DNA of 64,000 nucleotides, taken from Fibrobacteria bacterium (GTDB lineage: Bacteria; Fibrobacterota; Chitinivibrionia; Chitinivibrionales; FEN-1185). Position 1 is the stretch's first letter; each line of letters begins with the position of its first letter. The position numbers and the translations under genes are program-made. The DNA is taken from NCBI GenBank assembly GCA_037447435.1, contig JBBIGR010000009.1:32001-96000 (forward strand). The letters are read 5' to 3'. Below, one piece after another: positions 45,127 through 54,556 of the stretch. The notes under the pieces were generated by a model. It searched no databases. It was given only the letters and a program-made list of their open reading frames with translations, and had not been told where the DNA came from.

Positions 45127-46122
45127 ATGGCATTACCAGATAAGTCATCGCAATTAAAAACAGGCCAACGCCCCGTGCAGGTCGTGATCAAGACCTATAA
45201 ACCGGGCGAAGTGGTTTTTGAAGAAGGATCACGAGGCCGCGACCTTTTCATCGTACAGGAAGGCAAGGTCGGCGTTTATAAGGTCACGCCCGACGGCGAG
45301 ATCGAACTTGCGAGAATAGAAAAAGGCGCCGTGATCGGCGAAATGTCGCTCCTCGACAATATGCCCCGTTCGGCAACGGTCAAAGCCATCGAGACCACCA
45401 AGCTCATGGTCATCAATGAGTTGACATTCCATACCGCTCTACAGGCGGTACCGGTATGGCTCACCAGTATCATCAAAATCGTGGTTTCCCGGTTGCGGGA
45501 TGCGAATAAGCGGGTCGATCAGGCCGTATTGCGCGACAAGGACCGGGGGCTGGTTTCCCTCATGCTGCTGATGCTGCCGTCCATGAAACATGAATTCGCT
45601 TCGTCCGTAGCGCTCGATTACGATACGGTGACCGTGGAAGGGTATTATGTCTGCCGTCTCAAGAAAAAAGAAGTCGCCGCGGTTTTGGAAAATTGCGCAA
45701 AACGCAAAATAATTGCAATCAACGAGGACCAAACCCATAAAAAGCACATATGCGTGCCCGATCTCGAAGTATTGAACCTCTTTGCCGAATACCTGCTCTT
45801 AAAAAGCCAGAAGAAAAAATTCAAGGAACTTGATATTCAGGACCAGTCGGTCGCCTTATTGTCGAATATCGTCTACGTTGCGCAGAAAAGCGGCGTCGAG
45901 ACCGACGAGGGCACGACTCTGCCAAAATCGCTTTTAATCAATGATCTCGATCCGAAAAATGCCGACCATCTCGAGAAAAACCTTCTTGACATGAAGAGAA
46001 ACAACCTGCTCAGCATCATGCCGACGCAAAACGGAGACACGATCATTTTTAAAAAAGAAACGTTAAGCCGCATCAAGAAGATCAAGGAATGGGTGCCGCG
46101 GTTTGAAATGGAGAATTCATGA
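45127..46122 (+). CDS. Cyclic nucleotide-binding domain protein (CRP-like N-terminus, atypical C-terminus)
   Basis: VFEEG..G..LF....G.V and phosphate-binding cassette GEMSLLDNMPRSATV. Confidence 0.85.
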   Translation: MALPDKSSQLKTGQRPVQVVIKTYKPGEVVFEEGSRGRDLFIVQEGKVGVYKVTPDGEIELARIEKGAVIGEMSLLDNMPRSATVKAIETTKLMVINELTFHTALQAVPVWLTSIIKIVVSRLRDANKRVDQAVLRDKDRGLVSLMLLMLPSMKHEFASSVALDYDTVTVEGYYVCRLKKKEVAAVLENCAKRKIIAINEDQTHKKHICVPDLEVLNLFAEYLLLKSQKKKFKELDIQDQSVALLSNIVYVAQKSGVETDEGTTLPKSLLINDLDPKNADHLEKNLLDMKRNNLLSIMPTQNGDTIIFKKETLSRIKKIKEWVPRFEMENS

Positions 46123-47171
46123 ACGAAGCGCAGCGACCTTCGCAACCCTTGCAGCGCGGCGGTAAACTGACGACCGGCAAAAGCGTTGTCAACCGCAACG
46201 AAAAATCGTTTCATCGCGGCAATCTCATGTTCATTGAAGGTGAAACCAGCACCGAAATGTATATAATCAAAAACGGAAAGATACGCATTCTGAAGCAGGA
46301 AGGCGAATCCACCGTCGAGCTTGCCGTACTGGGACCGGGAAGCGTATTGGGTGAGCTTGCGTTATTAGACCATCAGCCGCGTACGGCAACCGCCCAGGTC
46401 GTCGACGACGTCAGTGCCGCGGTCGTAGACGAAACCCTTTTCACGCACACGCTTGCCACCATTCCCGGCTGGCTCAAAGACATCATCATGGAAGTGGTCA
46501 AACGGTTGCGGGTGACCATGAAAAAAACAAGCGACGACGTCGTGCAAAAAAGCATTGCCGGCGTTATCCGCGTACTTACCTTGCAAAATTCCAACGAAGG
46601 GTTCGATAAAGAAGGCTTTCGATGCGTGAATCTGAACCAGGCAAAGGCCCTCATTTCCTCGGTCATCGGATTGGGATCGCTCGAAGCCGAAAACGTGTTT
46701 TTGCATCTGATCCTCAAAGACATGATTCTTATTCGTAAAAATGAACTCGGCCAGGAATACATCATTCTTAAAAACCCCGACGTGCTTGCATTATACATGA
46801 ATTTTTTGCGCACGAAGCAACGGGGCGGCGCGATGGTAGGGGAAGAATTTACCGAAAAAGCAATAGACCTGTTGAACGTCATCATCCCGACGGCCGAAAA
46901 AAACGGCAGGAAATTACAGTCGGGCATCATGTCGATCGGTTTTGCACAACTTGAACTGGAACTCGACCGTTTAGGTAAGGGCCGGTTCGTGGACATGGAC
47001 GCGCTCGACGAACTTATCAAGGCCAAAGTAGTGGTCAAGCAAGAGGACGCCACGGAATCGAAATACGGCACGCATAAACGGGCTACGCTGGCCTTTAACA
47101 TCGACACGCTCAAACGGCTCTGTCTTTTTTCACAGTGGCTGTCGGTTTTCAAAGAGGAAGTAAAATTCTGA
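46119..47171 (+). CDS. Cyclic nucleotide-binding domain protein, paralog of the upstream gene
   Basis: MFIEGE...MY and GELALLDHQPRTATA; ATGA overlap with the upstream gene. Confidence 0.85.
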   Translation: MNEAQRPSQPLQRGGKLTTGKSVVNRNEKSFHRGNLMFIEGETSTEMYIIKNGKIRILKQEGESTVELAVLGPGSVLGELALLDHQPRTATAQVVDDVSAAVVDETLFTHTLATIPGWLKDIIMEVVKRLRVTMKKTSDDVVQKSIAGVIRVLTLQNSNEGFDKEGFRCVNLNQAKALISSVIGLGSLEAENVFLHLILKDMILIRKNELGQEYIILKNPDVLALYMNFLRTKQRGGAMVGEEFTEKAIDLLNVIIPTAEKNGRKLQSGIMSIGFAQLELELDRLGKGRFVDMDALDELIKAKVVVKQEDATESKYGTHKRATLAFNIDTLKRLCLFSQWLSVFKEEVKF

Positions 47172-47911
47172 AACCGCTTGCCTGGTATAAATCGCTTCAC
47201 GAAGCAAAGGACCGGCGTGAAAACTGCGCATTTCTTGTCGAAGGAATGCGGTCGATTTCGCTTATCGCCCAGGTCTCGCCTAAAAGCATATTGGAAATTA
47301 TCGCATTGGAAGACGATCGCGACGTGCCGCCGTTTCCCTGTCCGGTCAGGCGCCTGACGTCGTCGCAATTCAAATCGATTTGCCTATCAAAAAACCCTGC
47401 CGGACCGCTCGCCGTTATTGCGATGCAAAGCGATGTCGAAAGCGCCGTGCTTCCTCCGAATCGCGGCGACAGGATACTTGTTTGTGAGGATATTCAGGAT
47501 CCGGGCAATATCGGAACGCTTATACGTACTGCTGCCGCGTTGGATTTTTCAGGCATTATCTTATCCGATAAATGTGCCGACCCTTTCGGGCCCAAGGCGG
47601 TCAGTTCGAGCGCGGGAACAATTCTTTCGGTATGGATACGCCGGACACCGGAGTATTTGCGCAGCGTGAAAGGGCTGGTCAATGCCGGGTTTTCGTGCGT
47701 TGCCGCCGATTTGCACGGCGCGGATTCATTATTGGAAATCAAGCCGAAGCGTTTTGCCCTCATTCTCGGCAACGAAGGAAACGGCCTCAGCAAAAATGCG
47801 CTGGAACTCGCCACGCACCGGATAAAGATTCCCATTAATGGAAAAAAAGCAGAATCCCTTAATGTCGCCGCAAGCGGCGCGATTTGCATGTATGCGTTGA
47901 CAGAAGCGTAA
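47168..47911 (+). CDS. TrmH/SpoU family RNA methyltransferase (start uncertain)
   Basis: FLVEG, IQDPGNIGTLIRTA, GNEGNG and IP...AESLNVA motifs. Confidence 0.9.
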   Translation: MKPLAWYKSLHEAKDRRENCAFLVEGMRSISLIAQVSPKSILEIIALEDDRDVPPFPCPVRRLTSSQFKSICLSKNPAGPLAVIAMQSDVESAVLPPNRGDRILVCEDIQDPGNIGTLIRTAAALDFSGIILSDKCADPFGPKAVSSSAGTILSVWIRRTPEYLRSVKGLVNAGFSCVAADLHGADSLLEIKPKRFALILGNEGNGLSKNALELATHRIKIPINGKKAESLNVAASGAICMYALTEA

Positions 47912-47933
47912 TTATAACTGGAGCGGAGGAATT

Positions 47934-49064
47934 GTGAATTCACGACGAATCGGGTTGATCGGAAGCGTTCTTACGGTGCTATGCATAGATGCCTTTTCCG
48001 CTCCGGTGGGGGCAGTTCTTTACCGTCAAAACAGCTCGGTCCATATTTCCCATATAAACGTTCCTAAAACCGCTTATAAAAACTATTTCGGGTATCTGGC
48101 GGGGCCTGCGCTGGAAAATCGATATTGCGCGTACAGGACCTATGTCGACTCGCTTAATCGCAACGCAGTTGATTTCATTACGAAATTCCAGCAAGTGCCG
48201 GTGCTTCATTATTTTGACGATTCCACGGTCGACGAACACGCGACGTGGCCGTGGGGCACGGATTGTTTTGCCGGCGGAACATCGATGGGTTTGGGCGCAT
48301 TCAGATTATTTTACAATAATCAATGGCTTAATCCGCAACTGGGCCATAATCTCGACAGCTTGGTAATCACGATCCTCGATTCGTCGACTCAGACGCCCCG
48401 GCTCTCGATCGGTTATTGGGGATGGAATATCGGAACGGGAAGCAAATTGAATGTGCTGTGGACCATTTCGACGTCGCTGTCGGAGCGCTGTGCTCATTGC
48501 GAAGTAGTAATCGACGGTACGTACGCCGGCAAAATCGTCGTCGGCATAGAAAACAACAATACGGCTCCTACGCCTCATCCGGTATCTATAATCAAGGATT
48601 CGACGAAGGCATTGCTCGAAACGATCGGTGTGCAAGGCGGGCTTTCCGAGGGATTTACCGACACATTGCTGTTGGCTGTTTTGGCCCCGCCAAGCTATTT
48701 TTTTTCATGGTCGCAGGATACCTATAACGTCGGCATGGTGCTTACTCCCGATGCCGGTCATAAGGTTACGTGGCAAATCGGCTACAGCGAGGCAAGGGAA
48801 ATAAACCCGGTTTACAGAATGCCCGGGTGGCGTGATTCGCTTTTCGGAGCAACGGCAACGGTGTCTACGAATCGCTTCCGTCAATTTAACGCAGCATCGC
48901 CCTTTGTCGCCTCCCCAAAACGCACTGCGGAATGCTTTACGATTTCGGGAAAAAAAGTTGCCGCTACCGTCGCCAATACGGGGAAAATAAAGGCGTTTCA
49001 GGGTATAGTTATAATGCGATATCCTGACGGCACGGTACGGCGGAAAATCGCGGACGGCAAATAA
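47934..49064 (+). CDS. Secreted protein, DUF4861-like, with short basic C-terminal module
   Basis: Signal peptide; GPALEN...AYR.Y.D..N..D..K and WG.D...G.S.G.G motifs; tail FTISGK..GIVI. Confidence 0.55.
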   Translation: MNSRRIGLIGSVLTVLCIDAFSAPVGAVLYRQNSSVHISHINVPKTAYKNYFGYLAGPALENRYCAYRTYVDSLNRNAVDFITKFQQVPVLHYFDDSTVDEHATWPWGTDCFAGGTSMGLGAFRLFYNNQWLNPQLGHNLDSLVITILDSSTQTPRLSIGYWGWNIGTGSKLNVLWTISTSLSERCAHCEVVIDGTYAGKIVVGIENNNTAPTPHPVSIIKDSTKALLETIGVQGGLSEGFTDTLLLAVLAPPSYFFSWSQDTYNVGMVLTPDAGHKVTWQIGYSEAREINPVYRMPGWRDSLFGATATVSTNRFRQFNAASPFVASPKRTAECFTISGKKVAATVANTGKIKAFQGIVIMRYPDGTVRRKIADGK

Positions 49065-49126
49065 GCAAGATTGTTCCTAGAACGGATCCATTTGTCGTGC
49101 CCAAAACATGACGCTCGACAGTAAGC

Positions 49127-50326
49127 TCAATACACTATCGGATGTTGCGGGGCAATGTTGAGCGGTAACGGGTTCTCCAGCGTAATGCGGTTACGACCTT
49201 CCCGTTTCGACGTATACAGCATTTCGTCAGAGCGCTTGACAATAGATTTCTCGTCTTCGCCGGGCACCGCTTCGGCAATGCCGATGGACAGGCTTACGCG
49301 GCCGAACTTGAATGCGCCGAATTGCTTCGAAATACGTTCGGCGACCACCTTGGCCTGGATCTTGTCGGTATCCGGCAGTATGATGGAAAATTCGTCGCCG
49401 CCGTATCGGAAGCCCGAGTCGACATCTTTACGTATGCAAACCTTGATCACCTGGCCGAGCGATTTGAGCACTTGGTCGCCCACCTGATGGCCTTCGGTGT
49501 CGTTGAGTTCCTTGAAATGGTCTATGTCGATGAGCATCAGCGACAGCTTGCGCGTAGGGTTGCGTTTGAGCCTGGTGAGTTCGCGCGTGATTTGATCGTA
49601 AAAATGTCGCACATTGTACAGCTCGGTCAGGCTGTCGGTGATTGCAAGCTTCGAAAGCAATTCGTTTTTCTTGACAAGCTCCATTTCGAGCTTTTTCTTT
49701 TCGGTAATGTCTTTGGCGGTCACCACAAGTCCGATGATCTGTGAAAAATCGTTTTTCATTTCCGAAATGCTGAGATTGAGCAAAATGATTTCGCCCTGCT
49801 TCGTTTTCATGGGTATTTCCTCATTCACCGATTTTCCGGTAAGAAGCACGGTGTTGAGGATTTTCCGTTCGTCGGCTTCGTTGACGAACATGGTGCGCAG
49901 CGGCACGCCGACGATTTCCGCCTGGGTAAAGCCGAAATGCATTTCCGAGCCTTTATTGAACTTCAGGATAAACGCATCCATATCTGTTGTAAAGATAATG
50001 TCGGTGGAATCGTCCAAAATGCTTTCCAGATAATTTGCCTTGCTTTGAATGCGGCGCACGGTTTGCAGGTTCTTGTCCATTTTTTTTGCAAATTCCCGCA
50101 TATACCAGTAAAACCAATGGAACACGACCCACAATATGCCGCCGATGCAGGCGAGCGAAATTGAAAAACTCAACCAAAGCGGGATGCCGATTTCAAGGGG
50201 AAGGTACACGCCGGCGAGTACGATTACAAAAGAAAAAACTCCAAGCGCGCCGATCTTTGTCGCCGGCAAGGCGACAAAATTGTTTTTGTCGGGGAATAAG
50301 GTCTTAAACGCGCTCACACATTCCAT
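49127..50326 (-). CDS. Membrane PAS-domain diguanylate cyclase
   Basis: 2 TM segments; PAS/PAC ending DITE.K; TDSLT, DIDHFK.LND..GH..GD and RYGGDEF motifs. Confidence 0.92.
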   Translation of the reverse strand: MECVSAFKTLFPDKNNFVALPATKIGALGVFSFVIVLAGVYLPLEIGIPLWLSFSISLACIGGILWVVFHWFYWYMREFAKKMDKNLQTVRRIQSKANYLESILDDSTDIIFTTDMDAFILKFNKGSEMHFGFTQAEIVGVPLRTMFVNEADERKILNTVLLTGKSVNEEIPMKTKQGEIILLNLSISEMKNDFSQIIGLVVTAKDITEKKKLEMELVKKNELLSKLAITDSLTELYNVRHFYDQITRELTRLKRNPTRKLSLMLIDIDHFKELNDTEGHQVGDQVLKSLGQVIKVCIRKDVDSGFRYGGDEFSIILPDTDKIQAKVVAERISKQFGAFKFGRVSLSIGIAEAVPGEDEKSIVKRSDEMLYTSKREGRNRITLENPLPLNIAPQHPIVY

Positions 50327-50540
50327 CCTTTTAAAAAGGACTGTGAATATAGTCTAACCGGTTAAAAAAATCGGACTTTAATATACCGGATACTTAAAAT
50401 AAATATCTACACTCATGATTTTACAATAAATAATGAATAAAAACAGTAAAAAAGTGCTCATGCGGAATATGGGCAGCTATATATATTTTACTACCGTATA
50501 TGCAGGCAGAAAGAATTAGGCTTTAATCAGAGGATGAACG

Positions 50541-50918
50541 TTGGGAAAACCCGAAAAAACCAAAGGGCAATACGAAGCCGAAATAAGCGAAGCCGTAACC
50601 CGCTTTGAAAAAGAATACATGGGACGCGGTCCTTTAGAAACCCGTACGTATATTCTGGATGATATGGTCTTGGTGAGGCTCAAAGGGGTTTTAACCAAGG
50701 CGGAATATAGGCTCGTTAAAACCGAGCGAAATACGAAAGCCCGCGATTTAATCAAACAGGTCCGTATCGAATTGCTTGAAAACGGCAGGCCCCTGCTCGA
50801 AGATATAATCAAAGACGTGCTTCGTCGAAAAGTCAAAAGCCTTCATACCGACATTTCCACAATGACCGGCGAACGCCTCATCATATTTACTCTCGATAAA
50901 AAACCGTTCGAAGAGTAA
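50541..50918 (+). CDS. DUF2294 (MpsC-like) protein
   Basis: TKGQ.EAEIS, KEY.GRGP, LT.AE, R..L and SLHTDIS..TGE..IIF.L motifs. Confidence 0.85.
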   Translation: MGKPEKTKGQYEAEISEAVTRFEKEYMGRGPLETRTYILDDMVLVRLKGVLTKAEYRLVKTERNTKARDLIKQVRIELLENGRPLLEDIIKDVLRRKVKSLHTDISTMTGERLIIFTLDKKPFEE

Positions 50919-50923
50919 GACGG

Positions 50924-52111
50924 TCAGTTTAAAAGTTCCAGGCTGAAACCTTTATATTGGGCAAGCTCCAGGATTATCGGTTTCGGCAAACTATGATGCC
51001 GGGCCGATTCGAATATCGTGATCTGCGGTGAAGCGATATGATCGGGGTATACTTTGGAAACCGCACCGATGGCATTGTCAAGATCGGCAATCGGCCCGTG
51101 TACGATTTTAATCCGCGCGCCGAGCGGATACACGGGAAAAATGCCCAGCAGTGTCTTGACAATATCGGCATTCAGTTTCGTTTTTGAGTATTCGACCAGT
51201 TTTTTTGCCGCATGCAACGGGTCCATTCGTTGTTGGAAATGCTGCCTTCCGTGTATGAGCATTGCATAGGTGTCTGCAACAGCCACGATTTGCGCGAACC
51301 GGTGTATGCATCCCTGATGGGAAAAATCCTTGAGCGGCGGTCTGTTCTCCGCAGTCATGTTTTGCGGATATCCGCTGCCGTCCTGGTACTCGTGATGCGA
51401 CAATGCCACTATGGCGCTTGTGGGAGGAATTTCCGGGTTTCCCTTGAGCATCAGATAGCCGTACGTCGTATGCTGTTGCAGCAAAAGCCGTTCTTCGTCG
51501 GTCAACGCTGTTTGCTTTTCGAGAATAGACGGCGGTACCGCAAGCATGCCGATGTCGTAATTGAGCGCCCCGAGTCCCAGCTGTTTCATTTCATGCGCCG
51601 GCAGCCTGTATTTCTGCCCGATGCAAAGCGCTATGATTGCCACGTTTATCGAATGTTCGAGAAGATTATCGCTTGCTTCCCGCATCCTGTTGAGGTTTAC
51701 AATTGTCCACGGTTCATGCGATACGTCTTCTACAAGCTTGATTGCCGCCGTCAATATTCCGGTATCGCGTATCAGTTTGGAAAGAGTGCCTTTGTCTTTT
51801 TCAATGATATCGGAAATTTTTTCATTGTTCTTTCGCGACTGGGCCATAATCGACGATATTGCTTTGGACGATTTGTCGAATACGGAAATCAGTTCGAGTT
51901 CGGTTTGATGACTTATTACTTTTTCCGGAACGATTTTTTCCATGCCAGTAACAGCTATGGGTATCGAAACGAATCCCCTGAGTCTGAGCATTTCGATATG
52001 ATTCTTTTTTAAGGTAAAACCGCCCGCAATGAGCAGATTACCCTGCCGGTCGAATAATGAATCGGCCAGGATCATTCCTTCTTTTACTTCATCCAGGTTA
52101 TAAAAAACCAT
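50924..52111 (-). CDS. HD-GYP domain protein (HD replaced by YD)
   Basis: GM.LA..L...G.LL N-domain; HS.NVA; NYDIGM; HHEYQDGSGYP; IVAVAD.Y. Confidence 0.85.
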   Translation of the reverse strand: MVFYNLDEVKEGMILADSLFDRQGNLLIAGGFTLKKNHIEMLRLRGFVSIPIAVTGMEKIVPEKVISHQTELELISVFDKSSKAISSIMAQSRKNNEKISDIIEKDKGTLSKLIRDTGILTAAIKLVEDVSHEPWTIVNLNRMREASDNLLEHSINVAIIALCIGQKYRLPAHEMKQLGLGALNYDIGMLAVPPSILEKQTALTDEERLLLQQHTTYGYLMLKGNPEIPPTSAIVALSHHEYQDGSGYPQNMTAENRPPLKDFSHQGCIHRFAQIVAVADTYAMLIHGRQHFQQRMDPLHAAKKLVEYSKTKLNADIVKTLLGIFPVYPLGARIKIVHGPIADLDNAIGAVSKVYPDHIASPQITIFESARHHSLPKPIILELAQYKGFSLELLN

Positions 52112-52141
52112 TGCACCCCTCTTTGCGTTTCAAAAAGAAAA

Positions 52142-52157
52142 CGCAAATAGAATGCCA
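52142..52157 (-). promoter_or_regulatory. sigma54 (-24/-12) promoter
   Basis: Minus strand TGGCAT-TCTAT-TTGCG gives GG-N10-GC, about 30 nt upstream of the HD-GYP ATG. Confidence 0.7.
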
Positions 52158-52268
52158 TGAGTTTTTTAGAGAAAATTAATTTTGTAACTTGTTTTAAAAC
52201 AGGTTGTTGCAAAGAAGTTGGGCTAATAAAATAGCTAGGTCATAATAGGATAAAAGTGACATTTTGTC

Positions 52269-53288
52269 CTATTGAAGATTTTGATTCGATTTGCGCCGAA
52301 ATGCATTTGGATCTATGCAAAGCTGTTTCAATTTATTCAGCAAATTCGGTCTATACATTCCGGCGGCTATGGCAGCCTGATTGATATTTCCCTTATAATG
52401 ATGAAGCAATTTAGTAAAATATTTGACCTCGAAATCATGAAGCATATTTGCTTTTGCTTCCTGATACGATAATTGCGGATTCGCTTCGGGCTCATTGATT
52501 TTTAAAACCGAACGAACCGCTTTTTCGCTTATCGTCTTAAGGCCCATGCTTGCAATGCATATGACTTCAATGGTGTACTGTAATTCGCGCAGGTTTCCGG
52601 GCCATGAATGTTCTACCAACATTTCCAGTGCCATCGGAGAAATCCTTCGCGGAATTTTCGGATCTTCCTTGATGGTGATGAAATGGTCGATAAGGTCGGG
52701 AATGTCTTCGCGATGTTCATGCAAAGGAATCGTTTTAATGACTGCACCGCATATTCGGGACAATAAATCCGTACGAAAGCCGTTGCTAGCGCAACAGGCC
52801 TCAAGATCGATCGTGGTGGCGCAAATGATTCTGACGTCCGCGGCCCGTTCGTCTCTCGACCAATTCGGGGAAAAATATCCTGTGTCAAGTATTTTGAACA
52901 GGGTGTCCTGCATTACAGGGGACATGGCGTTAATTTCGTTTAAAAACAGTGTCGAATGGTTTGCGCATGCAATAAGCCCCATTTTCGCGGGCCATGTGCC
53001 GCCGCTTGCTCCATGGGGATTGCCTAAAAATTCTTCATCTTCGAGATGGGGCGGAATAGTTGCGCAATTGGTACTGATCATGTCGCGGCCTCTTCTCGGC
53101 CCGATTGCATGCAAGGCGGAAGCGATGATGTCTTTTCCGGTACTCGGTTCACCCCATATCAAAACCGGAAATTCGCATGACGCAATGCGGTTTATCTCAC
53201 GGCGAAGCTCCTTCATGTATTGCGATTCGCCCACAAGACCCGGGAAATCTTTTAAAAGAGGATTGCTTTGTACGGATGCTTTTTCCAT
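52269..53288 (-). CDS. Degenerate sigma54-interaction AAA+ protein with Fis-type HTH
   Basis: LVGES, VLIWGEPSTGKD, NCA.IP, TLFLNEI, DVRII.AT, WPGNLREL and GNI.QAA..AG motifs. Confidence 0.85.
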   Translation of the reverse strand: MEKASVQSNPLLKDFPGLVGESQYMKELRREINRIASCEFPVLIWGEPSTGKDIIASALHAIGPRRGRDMISTNCATIPPHLEDEEFLGNPHGASGGTWPAKMGLIACANHSTLFLNEINAMSPVMQDTLFKILDTGYFSPNWSRDERAADVRIICATTIDLEACCASNGFRTDLLSRICGAVIKTIPLHEHREDIPDLIDHFITIKEDPKIPRRISPMALEMLVEHSWPGNLRELQYTIEVICIASMGLKTISEKAVRSVLKINEPEANPQLSYQEAKANMLHDFEVKYFTKLLHHYKGNINQAAIAAGMYRPNLLNKLKQLCIDPNAFRRKSNQNLQ

Positions 53289-53416
53289 AGTATGTTGATT
53301 ATACACAAAGAACTTAATCGATTCAACGGAAAATAACAAAGGAAATTAAACAGAAGAAATCACGCCCCAAATACCGAATAAATATACAATGTCAAAACAC
53401 CGTACCTATTAAAAAA

Positions 53417-54556
53417 TCAATGTTCAAATTCCGACGCGCCGATTGCCGAAAATTCCGCTTCGTGATAGAAGCCTCTTTTTGCCAGAGGCGACGTAAACCA
53501 TTTAACACGGACAGTAGGTTCAAAAATATGGAATGCCGCGCTTAACTGCATGGTATCGGCAATTGCCGTGTTTGAGGGGTTTACCACCAATAAATCCGGT
53601 ACGATTCCTTTACGATGGTAAATTGAATCGGCGCACCCGCAAGCCCGTTTGAAGCGAAGAAAGGTTATTTGGACATCCCGTTTTCCGAATAATTGCCGGT
53701 TGATGACGATTTGGCCGATTCCTTTGCCATACGATGTGTCGCCCACGATCGTGACCGTCGAAGCATTTGAATTGGCTCGACCGTCTTTAAGACCGGCGGC
53801 CATCATTTCAGATGCGCTCGCAGATCCTCGATTCATAAGGATGACCACGTTTTTTCCGACAAGCGTTAGGGGATGGTTCTGTTTCACACTCCAGCGCTCA
53901 TTATACTTTGTCATTGCAGTCCTGGTGTTTTTATCGTAATCGCGGTAGGTAGCAATAATGTAGGTTGTGCCTTGCAAAAGAAAATACGAAAGTATGGAAT
54001 CGACTGTTGAAATTTCTCCGCCGCCGTTTTGGCGTAAATCGATCATGATGTTTGAAAAACGCGACAATGAGGGAAGTACTTTTAAAAACTGCGCATAGGT
54101 ACTGTCTTTCACGAATTCTATGATTTGCAAATAGGCAGTTTTGGCCGTGATGCTGTCGAAAAAAACAGTCGGGCCCGACGACGGAGTCGAAAAAGTTTCG
54201 GAAATAGGGACGCCTGCGTTTCCATAACCCGATGCCGCGGTGTTGTACAACGCGGCATTTATCGTGTCCCTGTACTTCGTGTAAAGAACATGATGCAGGG
54301 TGTCGTTTGTGCTTGCCAAAAGTTTTTCCGGGCTGCTGTAGGTAAATGCATTCGGCGGCAGCGGCAGGCTGTCTTGCCAAATGCTGTAGGTCTTGAGATA
54401 TTGCCAAACGCTTTCGAATTCCAGGAGGTTACTTGAAGGGGGGGCAACAGGGTAGGTACTGCACAAAATGAAGAAAAAGAGCCCTAATGCCGCAAAAAGG
54501 TTTCCCGCCTTGAGGAGGCCTTTGCAAACGCGAAAGATGATCCTTCTGTTTTTCAT
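53417..54556 (-). CDS. S41 family peptidase (lipoprotein-like)
   Basis: IDLRQNGGG, SASASE, G..SYGKG and GIVPD motifs. Confidence 0.88.
   Translation of the reverse strand: MKNRRIIFRVCKGLLKAGNLFAALGLFFFILCSTYPVAPPSSNLLEFESVWQYLKTYSIWQDSLPLPPNAFTYSSPEKLLASTNDTLHHVLYTKYRDTINAALYNTAASGYGNAGVPISETFSTPSSGPTVFFDSITAKTAYLQIIEFVKDSTYAQFLKVLPSLSRFSNIMIDLRQNGGGEISTVDSILSYFLLQGTTYIIATYRDYDKNTRTAMTKYNERWSVKQNHPLTLVGKNVVILMNRGSASASEMMAAGLKDGRANSNASTVTIVGDTSYGKGIGQIVINRQLFGKRDVQITFLRFKRACGCADSIYHRKGIVPDLLVVNPSNTAIADTMQLSAAFHIFEPTVRVKWFTSPLAKRGFYHEAEFSAIGASEFEH

Noticed and set aside
46373..47368. Long antisense or alternate-frame ORFs (also 57028-57951, 41551-42345, 1578-2378, 52495-53298)
   Set aside because: Shadows of well-supported genes, with no recognisable motifs.
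49370..49440. c-di-GMP inhibitory I-site in the GGDEF protein
   Set aside because: The sequence is RKDVD...RYGGDEF, so the spacing deviates from RxxD; it cannot be called.
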